53,683 bases of DNA from positions 1 to 53,683 of the forward strand of contig CBIHPE010000002.1 of assembly GCA_966212015.1 (NCBI GenBank), read 5' to 3'. Of the stretch, positions 34,416-44,372 are shown one piece after another. The notes under the pieces were generated by a model. It was not told the origin of the DNA. It saw nothing but the letters and a program-made list of their open reading frames with translations, and did no database searches. A program made the translations under genes and the position numbers. Position 1 is the stretch's first letter. Each line of letters starts with the position of its first letter. Source of the stretch: an uncultured Frankiales bacterium (GTDB lineage Bacteria > Actinomycetota > Actinomycetes > Mycobacteriales > SCTD01).

Positions 34416-35261
34416 GTGAACGCACCGACTGCTGTGGAGCTTCGACGAGGGGTCCTCGCCGTCTCGGTGCTCCACGACGTCGACATCGAGCCTGCGAAGC
34501 TCGGCGTCACGCTCAGCGCCGTGCCGCCCGTCTGGGTCTCCTGGGGGGAGTGCCGGCGCGCGCTCGCCGGCCATGACCCGGAGACCGCTGAGGGTCGCGA
34601 ACGGCTCGCTCGCTGGCTGCTGGCGCGCCGCTGGGCCGCGAACGTGGGCCTCGACGACCTGCGGGCGCGGCTGCGCCCGGTCGGCCTGCCCGTCGACCAC
34701 CTGCTCCACCCGGGGCTGGACTGGGTCCGGCGGCGCGTGCTCGGGGACGCCCTCGACCTGGGCCTCGGCGCCGTCGACATCGACCCGTCCGACCCCGACC
34801 ACGTGGTCCTGCTCCCCACGCCGCTGCTCGACGCCGTCGGCCTCGACGCCGAGGTCGAGTGGCTGCAGGCGGAGGCCTACCTCGAGCGGATGGGCGTCGT
34901 GGCCGCGGAGCGCATGCGGTTCGACCCCAAGTGCCAGCTGCGGCCGATCGGCGACTGCGACGCGGTGACGCTGCTCGGCTCCGCCTCGCTGCGCGCGGTC
35001 ATCGCCGACGAGGCCGGTGGCATGGGGGCCGTCATCGCCCCCATGCGCAGGCGCGGCTGGACCCGGATGGCCCTCATCGACCCGGCCTTCGGTCCTGCCG
35101 CGGCGGCCGCGACCAGCCCCGAGGACCGCGGTTTCCTGCGACCGCTGCTGGTGACCGCCGAGGAGCTGACCTTGGCCGTCGACGGCGGCCGCCCCACCGA
35201 CCTGCCGCTGCGCGACCCCGCCGCCGACGCTCCGTGGCTGCGCGACGTCCTGTATCGCTGA
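34416..35261 (+). CDS. Conserved hypothetical protein (281 aa)
   Basis: Long ORF with high GC3 and a GTG start. I recognise no family. Confidence 0.6.
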   Translation: MNAPTAVELRRGVLAVSVLHDVDIEPAKLGVTLSAVPPVWVSWGECRRALAGHDPETAEGRERLARWLLARRWAANVGLDDLRARLRPVGLPVDHLLHPGLDWVRRRVLGDALDLGLGAVDIDPSDPDHVVLLPTPLLDAVGLDAEVEWLQAEAYLERMGVVAAERMRFDPKCQLRPIGDCDAVTLLGSASLRAVIADEAGGMGAVIAPMRRRGWTRMALIDPAFGPAAAAATSPEDRGFLRPLLVTAEELTLAVDGGRPTDLPLRDPAADAPWLRDVLYR

Positions 35262-35270
35262 TAATGGGAC

Positions 35271-35837
35271 GTGCGCCGCTTCGTCCTCGCTTCCGCCTCC
35301 CCTGCCCGGCTGAGGCTGCTCAGGGACGCCGGGTTCGACCCTGAGGTGATCGTCAGCGGCGTCGTCGAGGACGTCGACGACGTGCTGGAGCTGGCCCGCC
35401 GCAAGGCCCGGGCGGTCGCCGCGACGACCCCGGACGCGCTGATCCTCGGCTGCGACTCGATGCTGCTGCTCGACGGCGTCGCGCTCGGCAAGCCGTCCTC
35501 CGCGGCCGACGCGGTCGGCCGCTGGCAGGCGATGCGCGGCCGCTCAGCCGCGCTCATGACCGGGCACGTGCTGGTCGACACTGCTGCCGGCAACGAGGCC
35601 TTCTCGGTCGTGTCGACGGTCGTGCACTTCGGCACCCCGACGGACGACGAGATCAAGGCCTACGTCGAGAGCGGCGAGCCGCTCCACGTCGCCGGTGCCT
35701 TCACCCTCGACGGCCGCTCCGCGCCGTTCGTCGAGGGCATCGAGGGCGATCCCGGCAACGTCATCGGCGTCTCGCTCCCCACGGTCCGGCGGCTGCTCGC
35801 CACCCTCGGCGTCTCGGTGGTGGACCTGTGGAGCTGA
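35271..35837 (+). CDS. maf: Maf-like nucleoside-triphosphate pyrophosphatase
   Basis: [18 protein letters not shown] and [19 protein letters not shown] motifs are present. Confidence 0.9.
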   Translation: MRRFVLASASPARLRLLRDAGFDPEVIVSGVVEDVDDVLELARRKARAVAATTPDALILGCDSMLLLDGVALGKPSSAADAVGRWQAMRGRSAALMTGHVLVDTAAGNEAFSVVSTVVHFGTPTDDEIKAYVESGEPLHVAGAFTLDGRSAPFVEGIEGDPGNVIGVSLPTVRRLLATLGVSVVDLWS

Positions 35838-36940
35838 AGATCGGGCCCATCGCCGTCGACTCCCCGGTGGTCCTGGCGCCGATGGCCGGCGTGACGAACG
35901 CCGCGTTCCGGGCGCTGTGCCGCGAGTTCGGCGGCGGGCTGTACGTCAGCGAGATGGTCTCCGCCCGGGCGCTCTGCGAGGGCCACGAGCGCACGTTCAC
36001 GATGATCGCGGGTGCTCCGGACGAGCCGATCCGCTCCGTGCAGCTCTACGGCGTCGACCCGTACTGGGTCTCGGAGGCCGTGAAGCGCGTCGTCGACAGC
36101 GGCGTCGACCACATCGACATCAACTCCGGCTGCCCGTCTCCCAAGGTCACGCGCCGGGGCGGCGGCGGTGCGCTGCCGGCGCACCACGTGCTCTTCGGCG
36201 ACATCGTCACCGCGGCCGTCCGCGCCGCCGGGCCGGTGCCGGTGACGGTCAAGATGCGCAAGGGCATCGACGACGACAACCTCACCTACGTCGAGGCCGC
36301 CCGTGCTGCTGAGGACGCGGGCGTGGCGGCGATCGCGCTGCACGCGCGGACCGTCTACCAGCTCTACAGCGGAGTGGCCGACTGGGCCGCGATCGCCCAC
36401 CTGAAGTCGGTCATCACCTCCGTGCCCGTCCTCGGCAACGGCGACATCTGGTGCGGTGCCGACGGCGTGCGCATGGTCGCCGAGACCGGCTGCGACGGGG
36501 TCGTCGTGGGCCGCGGCTGCCTCGGCCGGCCGTGGCTGTTCCGGGAGCTCGCCGACGCCTTCGCCGGCCGCCCCGTCGCGCCGCCGCCCACCCTCGGCGA
36601 GGTCGCGTCGATCATGGCCCGGCACGCCCGGCTGCTCGTCGACCACATGGGCGACGAGCCGTTCGCCGTCCGCGACTTCCGCAAGCACACCGGGTGGTAC
36701 CTCACCGGCTTCCCCGCCGGCGGCGTCATGCGCCGCAAGCTGTCCATGGCCGGATCGCTCGCCGAGCTCGACGACCTGCTCGGGCAGCTGGATGCCTCGG
36801 CGACGCTGCGACCCGGCGACGAGGCGCTGCCGCGGGGCCACTCGCACGGGCCGAAGAACGTCGCGCTCCCGGACCGGTGGATGGAGACCCGCGACGACCC
36901 CACTCCGCCGAGCGGCGCCGACAAGGCCTACTGCGGCTGA
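35828..36940 (+). CDS. dus: tRNA-dihydrouridine synthase
   Basis: [21 protein letters not shown], the catalytic Cys region and [12 protein letters not shown] are present. It overlaps maf by 10 nt. Confidence 0.9.
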   Translation: MELKIGPIAVDSPVVLAPMAGVTNAAFRALCREFGGGLYVSEMVSARALCEGHERTFTMIAGAPDEPIRSVQLYGVDPYWVSEAVKRVVDSGVDHIDINSGCPSPKVTRRGGGGALPAHHVLFGDIVTAAVRAAGPVPVTVKMRKGIDDDNLTYVEAARAAEDAGVAAIALHARTVYQLYSGVADWAAIAHLKSVITSVPVLGNGDIWCGADGVRMVAETGCDGVVVGRGCLGRPWLFRELADAFAGRPVAPPPTLGEVASIMARHARLLVDHMGDEPFAVRDFRKHTGWYLTGFPAGGVMRRKLSMAGSLAELDDLLGQLDASATLRPGDEALPRGHSHGPKNVALPDRWMETRDDPTPPSGADKAYCG

Positions 36941-36949
36941 CCTGCGTCC

Positions 36950-38857
36950 TCAGAAACGACGCTCGGTGTCCTGCACCTCTGAGGACGTTGCGTCGGGCTC
37001 GAGGCGGGCGACCATCTCGATGACCTTGCGGGCGATCTCCTGAGCGGTGAGGCCGATCTCGGCGTGCACCTCCGCGCGGGAGCCGTGGTCGAGGAACCGC
37101 TGCGGGATGCCGAGGTCACGGGCGGGCACGTCGACGTCAGCGTCGCGGAGCGCCTGGCTCACGACGGAGCCGACGCCACCGACCCGACCGTTGTCCTCGA
37201 CCGTCACGACGAGGCGGTGCTTCGCGGCCAGCTGCACGAGCTCCGGAGACACCGGGGTGACCCAGCGCGGGTCGACGACGGTGACCGAGATCCCTTGCTT
37301 CTCAACCCTTTCCGCGACCTCGAGGGCCGTGCGGGCCATCGCGCCGACCGCCACGACAAGGACGTCGCTGCCCTCCCGCAGGACGTCGACGGTGCCCTCG
37401 CGCCGGAGGGCGGCGATGTCGTCACCGACCGCGCCCCGCGGGAAGCGGAGAGCGGTGGGCCCGTCGTCGACGGCGACGGCCTCGCGCAGGGCCTCGCGCA
37501 GGGTTGCCCCGTCGCGCGGGGCCGCGATCCGGATGCCGGGCACGACCTGCAGGATCGACAGGTCCCACATGCCGTTGTGGCTCGCGCCGTCCGGCCCGGT
37601 GACGCCCGCGCGGTCGAGCACGAAGGTCACCGGCAGCTTGTGCAGCGCGACGTCCATCAGGGCCTGGTCGAAGGCCCGGTTGAGGAACGTGGCGTAGATG
37701 CAGACGACGGGGTGCATGCCGCCCATCGCCAGGCCGGCGGCCGACGTCACGGCGTGCTGCTCGGCGATGCCGACGTCGAAGACCCGGTCCGGGTGGGCCT
37801 GGCTGAAGCCCAGCAGGCCGACCGGCTGGAGCATGGCGGCGGTGATCGCGACGACGTCGGGTCGCTCGTGGCCGATCCGCGTCACCTCGTCGGAGAACAC
37901 GTTGGTCCACGTGGCGGCGCCGGCGACCGCCTTGCCGGTCAGCGGGTCGGTGTCCGGGCCGACCTGGTGCAGGCAGTCGTTCTCGTCGTCGACCGCCGGC
38001 TGGTAGCCGAAGCCCTTGACCGTGACGGCGTGCACGATGACCGGCCCGCCGAAGTCGCGCGCCGCACGCAGCGCGTTCTCCATCGCCTGCTCGTCGTGGC
38101 CGTCGATCGGGCCGTAGTACTTCAGCCCGAGGTCCTCGAAGAGCACCTGCGGCTGCAGGAAGTCCTTGATGCCGCGCTTCAGGCCGTGCAGGGCGGTGTA
38201 GGCCGACGGGCCGACGACCGGCGTCCTGTTCAGCGTCTCCTTGACCTTGGCCAGCGCTCGTTCGTACCCCTGCGTCGTGCGCAGGCCGGCCAGGTGCTCG
38301 GCGAGGCCACCGATGGTCGGGGCGTAGGACCGGCCGTTGTCGTTGACGACGATCACCACAGGCAGCCGAGCAGCAGCGATGTTGTTGAGCGCCTCCCAGC
38401 ACATGCCGCCCGTGAGCGCGCCGTCGCCGACGACGGCGACCACGTGCCGCTGCTCGCCGCGCAGGGCGAACGCCTTCGACAGGCCGTCGGCGTAGGACAG
38501 GGCCGTCGAGGCATGGCTGTTCTCGATGACGTCGTGCTCGGACTCGGCGGAGCTCGGGTAGCCCGACAGGCCGCCTCGGCTGCGCAGCGACGCGAACTCG
38601 GCCAGCCGGCCGGTGACGAGCTTGTGGACGTAGGCCTGGTGACCGGTGTCCCAGAGCACCTTGTCGCGCGGCGAGTCGAAGACCCGGTGGAGGGCCAGGG
38701 TGATCTCGACCACGCCCAGGCTCGGGCCGAGGTGCCCGCCGGTGCGGGAGACGACATCGATCATGGTGTCGCGGATCTCGCTGGCCAGGGTCGGCAGCTG
38801 GGACGCGGGCAGCCGCTTGAGGGCGTCGGGACCGTCGATCGACGCGAGCAGGCTCAC
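36950..38857 (-). CDS. dxs: 1-deoxy-D-xylulose-5-phosphate synthase
   Basis: The 635-aa product has GGHLGPSLG, the TPP motif GDGALTGGM...NDN and a transketolase C-terminal part. Confidence 0.96.
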   Translation of the reverse strand: MSLLASIDGPDALKRLPASQLPTLASEIRDTMIDVVSRTGGHLGPSLGVVEITLALHRVFDSPRDKVLWDTGHQAYVHKLVTGRLAEFASLRSRGGLSGYPSSAESEHDVIENSHASTALSYADGLSKAFALRGEQRHVVAVVGDGALTGGMCWEALNNIAAARLPVVIVVNDNGRSYAPTIGGLAEHLAGLRTTQGYERALAKVKETLNRTPVVGPSAYTALHGLKRGIKDFLQPQVLFEDLGLKYYGPIDGHDEQAMENALRAARDFGGPVIVHAVTVKGFGYQPAVDDENDCLHQVGPDTDPLTGKAVAGAATWTNVFSDEVTRIGHERPDVVAITAAMLQPVGLLGFSQAHPDRVFDVGIAEQHAVTSAAGLAMGGMHPVVCIYATFLNRAFDQALMDVALHKLPVTFVLDRAGVTGPDGASHNGMWDLSILQVVPGIRIAAPRDGATLREALREAVAVDDGPTALRFPRGAVGDDIAALRREGTVDVLREGSDVLVVAVGAMARTALEVAERVEKQGISVTVVDPRWVTPVSPELVQLAAKHRLVVTVEDNGRVGGVGSVVSQALRDADVDVPARDLGIPQRFLDHGSRAEVHAEIGLTAQEIARKVIEMVARLEPDATSSEVQDTERRF

Positions 38858-38866
38858 GCGGCCAGT

Positions 38867-39235
38867 CTAGAGGCGCGGGACCCACCGCTCGCCGCGGAGC
38901 GCCGCCTCGACCAGCTCGACCTCGCGGGCGGCCTGCGCGAGCCTCCGCCCCTCGCGGTCGTAGGCCCCCAGCACCGCTTCCACCACGTCCGGCGGGACGA
39001 CCCCCTTGAGGTCGGCCCTTGCCGTCCGATAACCGCTTCGCGCGGCCTCCACGGCGGACGCGACGTGCTGGCGCGCGAACCGAGCCAGCACGACCGGGTA
39101 GGCGCGCAGCACGTCGTGGCTGCGGTAGTCGGGCGGGCACAGGTCGAACAGCCACCCGACCGCCGTCCGCTCGAAGCCCTCTGAGCCCGGTGGCTGAACC
39201 GGGGTCGGCCATCCGGGCGGAAGGGGGTCGGTCAC
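38867..39235 (-). CDS. Conserved hypothetical protein (122 aa)
   Basis: GTG start at VTDPLPPGW, with high GC3. The upstream part of the ORF-track frame looks non-coding. Confidence 0.6.
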   Translation of the reverse strand: MTDPLPPGWPTPVQPPGSEGFERTAVGWLFDLCPPDYRSHDVLRAYPVVLARFARQHVASAVEAARSGYRTARADLKGVVPPDVVEAVLGAYDREGRRLAQAAREVELVEAALRGERWVPRL

Positions 39236-39263
39236 GAGGGCAAACCTAAGGCTTGTCACCCTG

Positions 39264-39860
39264 TTGGCCGATACAACCGAGGTGACCCCTGACCCGGAGG
39301 AGCACGTCGAGCGACTGCGTGCTGCGGTGCTCGCGCTGAAGGCCCCGCAGGCGGCCAAGCGCGCCCCCGCTCCGACCTCGTCCGTCTACGGGCGCGCTGC
39401 CCGCGCCGTGCCCGACGACGTCCGCCCGCGCACCTCGCGCGAGGCGCTCGCCGCCAAGGTCCGCAACGTCGAGACCAGCGCCCTCATGGCCGGTACGACG
39501 ATGGTGCTGGTCGTGAGTCCCGACCCCGGGCCGCTGCCGCCCGCGCTCATGAAGACGCTCGAGCTGCTGGTGTCCTCCGGGGCCGTCGCGGTGGCCCTCG
39601 GCCCGGACATGCCGCGCGACGTCCCTGCCGACCGCATCCGGCCGCTCACCGTGCCGTTGCGCAGCGACGACGACCTGGCCTCGGAGTGGGCAGTGCTCGC
39701 GCTGGGACCGGAGAAGCGGGTCGCCTTCCTGGCCCGACGCGGCGACGACGGCTGGGACTGGATGATCACCCGCGACCCCGTCGCGGTGCACCGGGCGGGG
39801 ACGGCGATCCTCGAGCGAGTGCCGTTCCTACGCCTTCGCGTGCCCTTCCTCCAGGACTGA
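39264..39860 (+). CDS. Hypothetical protein (198 aa), possibly a DICT-like sensory domain
   Basis: TTG start. The ...SEWAVLALGPEKRVAFLARRGDDG... pattern is reminiscent of DICT domains, but the assignment is weak. Confidence 0.5.
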   Translation: MADTTEVTPDPEEHVERLRAAVLALKAPQAAKRAPAPTSSVYGRAARAVPDDVRPRTSREALAAKVRNVETSALMAGTTMVLVVSPDPGPLPPALMKTLELLVSSGAVAVALGPDMPRDVPADRIRPLTVPLRSDDDLASEWAVLALGPEKRVAFLARRGDDGWDWMITRDPVAVHRAGTAILERVPFLRLRVPFLQD

Positions 39861-41267
39861 CTCCGCGACCGGTCGGGCGGCCTCGCCCCAGGCGTCGACC
39901 AGGCTGAGCCGCGTCCGCCGCTCGAGCAGGTCCTCGACCGTGAGAGCGCCCTCGGCCTTGAGGCCCCACTCGAGCTCAGCTCGCAGCACCGGTACGCCGT
40001 CGGCGACCGGCTCCATCGTCCCCTCGGCAACCCGTGTGGCCTCGCTGCCGTAGCGGCGGCTCAGCCGGTCACGCCCGGTGCTGCCGGCCCCCACGACTGG
40101 GAGGTCCGTCGTGCGGCAGCGCACGTCGGTCAGCAGGTCGACCGCGTCCTGCGCCATCCGGCGGTACGTCGTGAGCTTGCCGCCCAGGACGGTGAGCACG
40201 CCGTCGTCAAGGATCACCGAGTGCCTGCGGCTCAGGTCTGCCGTGCGTCCCTCGGCCCCCTTCACCAGCGGTCGGACGCCCGCGAAGGCGCCGATGACGT
40301 CGGAGCGCTCGAGCGGCACTTCGAGCCCGCGGCTCAGGGTGTCGAGCAGGAAGCGGATCTCGTGCTCCTCCGCCTGAGGCACCTCGGGCAGCGGCCCGTC
40401 GAGCGGGTCGTCGGTCAGGCCGACGTGCACGATGCCGTCGCCGTGCGGCAGGGCGAAGACGTAGCGGTTGGCCTCGCCCGGCACCGGCACGGTGATGCTG
40501 GCCGTCGGGTGACCGAGGCGGGCGGCATCGAGGACGACGTGCACGCCCTTGCTCGGGCTCGTGCCGGGCGACCAGGCTCCGGTGGCGAGGACGACCGTCT
40601 TCGCCTGGTACGCGAGGGATTCCCCGGTCAACGTGTCGGTCAAGCGGCCCTCGTCGAAGCGCACCCTGGTCAGGATCCGCGCCCCATGGGCGGCCGCCGT
40701 GCGCGCGATCGCGATGACCAGCCGGGCGTCGTCCTCGAGGTGCCCGTCCCAGTTGATCCAGGCCCCGCGCAGGCCGTCTCGCTTCACCGCCGGCAGCAGC
40801 CGAAGGGTCTCGGCGACGCCGACCTTGCGCGCGCCGGGGAGCACGGACTGCGGCGTGCGCGTGGCCATCCGCAGCAGACCGGCGGCCCTGGCGCCGGCGC
40901 CGACGAGCAGCTGCCCCTTGCGGTCGATGTCGTGGCTCAGCGGGATCGCCATGGGCAGCGGCCTGATGAGGTGCGGCGCCGTGCGACGCATGAGGATGCC
41001 GCGCTCCTGGGCCGACTCGAAGGCGATGCCGACGTCGCCGCTCGCGAGGTAGCGCAGCCCGCCGTGGACCATCTTGCTGCTCCAGCGGCTGGTGCCGAAC
41101 GCGAGGTCGTCCTTCTCGACGAGGGCGACCTGCAGGCCGCGGCTCGCGGCGTCGAGCGCGATGCCGGCGCCGGTGACGCCGCCGCCGACGACGAGCACGT
41201 CGAGGTGCTCCGACGGCAGCTGCTCGAGCTCGCGCTGCCGGCGGGCAGCGGTGAGGAAGGAGCTCAT
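39828..41267 (-). CDS. glpD: FAD-dependent glycerol-3-phosphate dehydrogenase
   Basis: VLVVGGGVTGAGIALDAASRG and SSKMVHGGLRYL motifs are present. Confidence 0.92.
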   Translation of the reverse strand: MSSFLTAARRQRELEQLPSEHLDVLVVGGGVTGAGIALDAASRGLQVALVEKDDLAFGTSRWSSKMVHGGLRYLASGDVGIAFESAQERGILMRRTAPHLIRPLPMAIPLSHDIDRKGQLLVGAGARAAGLLRMATRTPQSVLPGARKVGVAETLRLLPAVKRDGLRGAWINWDGHLEDDARLVIAIARTAAAHGARILTRVRFDEGRLTDTLTGESLAYQAKTVVLATGAWSPGTSPSKGVHVVLDAARLGHPTASITVPVPGEANRYVFALPHGDGIVHVGLTDDPLDGPLPEVPQAEEHEIRFLLDTLSRGLEVPLERSDVIGAFAGVRPLVKGAEGRTADLSRRHSVILDDGVLTVLGGKLTTYRRMAQDAVDLLTDVRCRTTDLPVVGAGSTGRDRLSRRYGSEATRVAEGTMEPVADGVPVLRAELEWGLKAEGALTVEDLLERRTRLSLVDAWGEAARPVAESVLEEGHAKA

Positions 41268-41809
41268 CGCAGGTACCGGTCGAGCACGGTGCGCAGCTCC
41301 TTGAGCTCGTCCTGCCCGATGAAGCGGGCCGCGAAGACGTAGGACTGGCAGATCAGCAGGACGGCAGTCGCCGTGGTCTCGATGTCGAGGTCGCGGATCG
41401 AGTCGTCGGGCTCCACGAGCATGTCGGCGACCAGGTCGCGGGCCATCCGCTGGCTCGAGCCGAACCGGTCGAACACGAAGGGCAGCAGCAGCTCGGGATC
41501 GAGGTCGAGCAGGCGCCGGTAGAGCGCGTGGTCGCGCAACCGCTCGACACTGCGCACGCAGGCCTCGACGAGCCGCTCACGGGTGGTGGCGAGGGGGTGC
41601 ACCTCGTGCTCGACCTCGACGAGCAGGGCCGCGATCTCCCGCGTGAGCAGGGCAGCGATGAGCGAGTCGAGGTCGTCGAACTGCCGGTAGACGGTCATCC
41701 GGCTCACGCCGGCGCGCCGCGCGACGTCGACCAGCGTGGTGCGGCGCAGGCCCACGTCGAGCACGGACGCCTGCGCGGCGTCGAGCAGAACGTTACGGAC
41801 TGACGTCAT
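41264..41809 (-). CDS. TetR-family transcriptional regulator
   Basis: N-terminal HTH LVDVARRAGVSRMTVYRQF is present. The stop overlaps the glpD start by 4 nt. Confidence 0.9.
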   Translation of the reverse strand: MTSVRNVLLDAAQASVLDVGLRRTTLVDVARRAGVSRMTVYRQFDDLDSLIAALLTREIAALLVEVEHEVHPLATTRERLVEACVRSVERLRDHALYRRLLDLDPELLLPFVFDRFGSSQRMARDLVADMLVEPDDSIRDLDIETTATAVLLICQSYVFAARFIGQDELKELRTVLDRYLR

Positions 41810-41811
41810 CT

Positions 41812-41831
41812 GTCACACTGTAACGCGTGAC
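41812..41831. promoter_or_regulatory. Candidate TetR operator (GTCAC-N10-GTGAC) in the 17-nt divergent gap
   Basis: Inverted repeat read directly from the sequence. It overlaps the start codon of the FAD-oxidase gene. Confidence 0.3.
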
Positions 41832-43323
41832 CATGACGCACGCAGGCTGGGGCGATCCCCAGCGCCGCAAGGGCCTGCCGCCCGCCGCCGACAGCTGGCT
41901 CGAGAAGGCGGTGGGTCGCGGTCAGCGGTCGACCCCGGCGCCCGTGGCGGACCTGCCACCGAGCCGGCTCGACGCAGCCCAGCTCAGGGCCCTGCGGGAC
42001 ACCGGCGCCGACGTCGACCTCTCCGACGAGGCCCGCATCGCGAAGGCAGCGGGACGGTCCTACCTGGACCTGCTGTCGCTCCGCAGCGGCAGCTTCGACG
42101 TACCCGACGCCGTGGTCCGCCCCACAGCCGATCAGGTCGGGGCCGTCCTCCGGACCGGCGTCACGGTCGTGCCGTTCGGCGGCGGCACCTCGGTCGTCGG
42201 CGGTGTGGCTCCGCTCGGTGGTCCGGTGGTCGCCCTCGACCTCTGCCGCCTCGACCGGTTGCTGGCTCTCTCCGAGGAGGACCGCACGGCCACCCTCGAG
42301 CCCGGCCTGACCGGTCCGGCCGCCGAGAAGCTGCTCAATGCCCGTGGCTGGACCCTCGGCCACTTCCCGCAGTCGTTCGAGCACGCCACCATCGGCGGCT
42401 TCGCCGCGACCCGCTCCGCCGGCCAGGCCTCCACTGGCTACGGCCGCTTCGACGCCCTCGTGGTCGCGATGACCGTCGAGACGCCCTCAGGCCCGATCGA
42501 GCTCGGCGGCCCGCCGACAGCGGCCGGACCGTCGCTGCTGCATCTGTTCCTCGGCTCGGAAGGAGCGTTCGGCGTCATCACGTCGGTCACGGTCCGCATC
42601 AAGCCGCTGCCCGAGGTGAAGCGCTACGACGCATGGCTCGTGCCCTCGTGGGAGGACGGCATCCGGCAGCTCCGCGAGCTCGAGCAGAGCGGGGTGCTGC
42701 CCGAGGTCGCGCGGCTCTCCGACGTCGACGAGACGTCCACCCAGCTGCGGATCGCCGCACCGAAGGCCGTGCAGCTGCTCGCCCGGGGCCGCTGCCTCAT
42801 GGTGCTCGGGTGGGAGGGCACCGCCGCGTCGGTCAAGCGCAGGCGGCAGCGGATGAAGGGGATCCCCCTGCCCGGCGCCGGCAACGCGTGGGAGCACGGC
42901 CGCTACGACGGGCCGTACCTGCGCGACGACCTGATGGACGCCGGCTACCTCGTCGAGACCCTCGAGACGGCTGCGTCCTGGAGTGGGCTGCCCACCGTCT
43001 GGGCCGAGGTCCGCGAAGCCCTGCGCTCGGCTCTCGGCGAGTGCGTCGTCATGTGCCACGTGTCGCACCTCTACCCGCACGGAGCCTCGCTCTACTTCAC
43101 GGTCCTTGCCTCCGCCGACCGCGACTGGGTGCCGGCCAAGAGGGCCGCCACCGACGCGCTGGTCCGCACCGGCGCGACCATCACCCACCACCACGCGGTG
43201 GGCGTCGACCACGCCCCATGGATGACGGCTGAGGTCGGCCAGCTGGGTGTCGACCTGCTGCGCGCGGTCAAGCAGGTGGTAGACCCTGACGGAGTCCTCA
43301 ACCCAGGCAAGCTCATCCCGTAG
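41827..43323 (+). CDS. FAD-linked oxidase (alkyl-DHAP-synthase/glycolate-oxidase-like flavoprotein)
   Basis: The FAD_binding_4-like region VVPFGGGTSVVGG and a C-terminal ...HHHAVGVDH block are present. GTG at 41827 or ATG at 41833 could be the start. Confidence 0.88.
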   Translation: MTMTHAGWGDPQRRKGLPPAADSWLEKAVGRGQRSTPAPVADLPPSRLDAAQLRALRDTGADVDLSDEARIAKAAGRSYLDLLSLRSGSFDVPDAVVRPTADQVGAVLRTGVTVVPFGGGTSVVGGVAPLGGPVVALDLCRLDRLLALSEEDRTATLEPGLTGPAAEKLLNARGWTLGHFPQSFEHATIGGFAATRSAGQASTGYGRFDALVVAMTVETPSGPIELGGPPTAAGPSLLHLFLGSEGAFGVITSVTVRIKPLPEVKRYDAWLVPSWEDGIRQLRELEQSGVLPEVARLSDVDETSTQLRIAAPKAVQLLARGRCLMVLGWEGTAASVKRRRQRMKGIPLPGAGNAWEHGRYDGPYLRDDLMDAGYLVETLETAASWSGLPTVWAEVREALRSALGECVVMCHVSHLYPHGASLYFTVLASADRDWVPAKRAATDALVRTGATITHHHAVGVDHAPWMTAEVGQLGVDLLRAVKQVVDPDGVLNPGKLIP

Positions 43324-43331
43324 GAGAACCG

Positions 43332-44198
43332 TTGCGGCTGCAGCTCGTCGTCAACCCCGCGGCCGGCGGCGGCCGTGCCACCAAGCTGCTGCCCACCGTG
43401 CGGTCTGCGCTGTCCGGCGTCGACCTGAAGGTCACCCCGACCTCGTCGCTCGAGCACGCCGACGAGCTCGTCGCCGAGGCCGTTGCCGATGACCGCACCG
43501 TCGTCGCCATGGGCGGCGACGGCATCGTCGGCAGGGTCGCCGGCGCTGTCGCGCAGACGGGTGGCGTCATGGGCGTCGTCCCCGGCGGCCGCGGCAACGA
43601 CTTCTGCCGGGCGGCGGGCATCCCGCTCGACATCCCCGGCGCGTGCGAGCTGCTCACGACCGGAGCGCCGCAGCCGATCGACCTCGGCTACGCCGACGGC
43701 CACGCCTTCATCGGCATCGCGTCGATCGGCTTCGACAGCGAGGTGCAGGAGCGGGTGCTGACCTCGAGGCTTCCGATCGGCAACCTCATCTACACCTACG
43801 GCTCGCTGCTCACGATCGCGTCGTGGAAGCACGCGCAGTTCACGTGCACCGTCGACGGCGAGCCGCTCGCCTTCCGCGGCTGGGCCGTCGCTGTGTCCAA
43901 CAGCGGCCGCTACGGAGGCGGCATGCAGCTCGCCCCCGACGCCTCGCTGACGGACGGCTTGCTCGACCTCGTCACGACGACCGCGACGTCCAAGCTGCGC
44001 TTCCTCAAGGCCCTCCCGAAGGTCTTCTCCGGCACCCACGTAGAGGAGCCGTCGTTCACCGTGCGCACCGCTTCCGTCGTGCGCCTCGACGCCGACCGCC
44101 CCTTCCGGGTCTTCGCCGACGGCGACCCCATCGCCACGCTCCCCTGCGACGTGACCGTCAGGAAGGCCGCCGTCCAGGTCATCCTCCCGGCCCCCTAG
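43332..44198 (+). CDS. Diacylglycerol/lipid kinase family protein
   Basis: TTG start follows an AGGAGA Shine-Dalgarno. DAGK catalytic motifs VVAMGGDGIVG and PGGRGNDF are present. Confidence 0.9.
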   Translation: MRLQLVVNPAAGGGRATKLLPTVRSALSGVDLKVTPTSSLEHADELVAEAVADDRTVVAMGGDGIVGRVAGAVAQTGGVMGVVPGGRGNDFCRAAGIPLDIPGACELLTTGAPQPIDLGYADGHAFIGIASIGFDSEVQERVLTSRLPIGNLIYTYGSLLTIASWKHAQFTCTVDGEPLAFRGWAVAVSNSGRYGGGMQLAPDASLTDGLLDLVTTTATSKLRFLKALPKVFSGTHVEEPSFTVRTASVVRLDADRPFRVFADGDPIATLPCDVTVRKAAVQVILPAP

Positions 44199-44250
44199 GG
44201 GTCGCACGGTGGCACCCGGAAGGGCCGCGACGGTGCGATTCCGCGACCCC
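44198..44250. repeat. REP-like 53-nt palindromic element, copy 1
   Basis: GGGGTCGC...GCGACCCC termini are mutually complementary. It is identical to copy 2 at 50 of 53 positions and starts on the last base of the DAG-kinase stop codon. Confidence 0.85.
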
Positions 44251-44290
44251 CGACGACGGCCGCGGGAACGACGCACAGCCCGTCCAGCCA

Positions 44291-44343
44291 GGGGTCGCAC
44301 GGTGGCACCCGAAAGGGCCGCGACGGCGCGGTTCCGCGACCCC
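44291..44343. repeat. REP-like 53-nt palindromic element, copy 2
   Basis: Direct repeat of 44198-44250 after a 40-nt spacer. Confidence 0.85.
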
Positions 44344-44369
44344 TGGCAGCCGGGTCGACCCCTGCCAGG
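44342..44369. terminator. Hairpin CCTGGCAG-N12-CTGCCAGG, 3 nt beyond the methyltransferase stop
   Basis: 8-bp perfect stem read directly from the sequence. It lies between convergent genes. Confidence 0.5.
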
Positions 44370-44372
44370 CGC

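Noticed and set aside
39828-39860. Short convergent gene overlaps at 1637-1653, 31711-31741 and 39828-39860.
   Set aside because: Overlaps of 17-33 nt between convergent genes are common in stop-codon-poor high-GC genomes. Only the 92-nt overlap at 28628-28719 seemed long enough to report.
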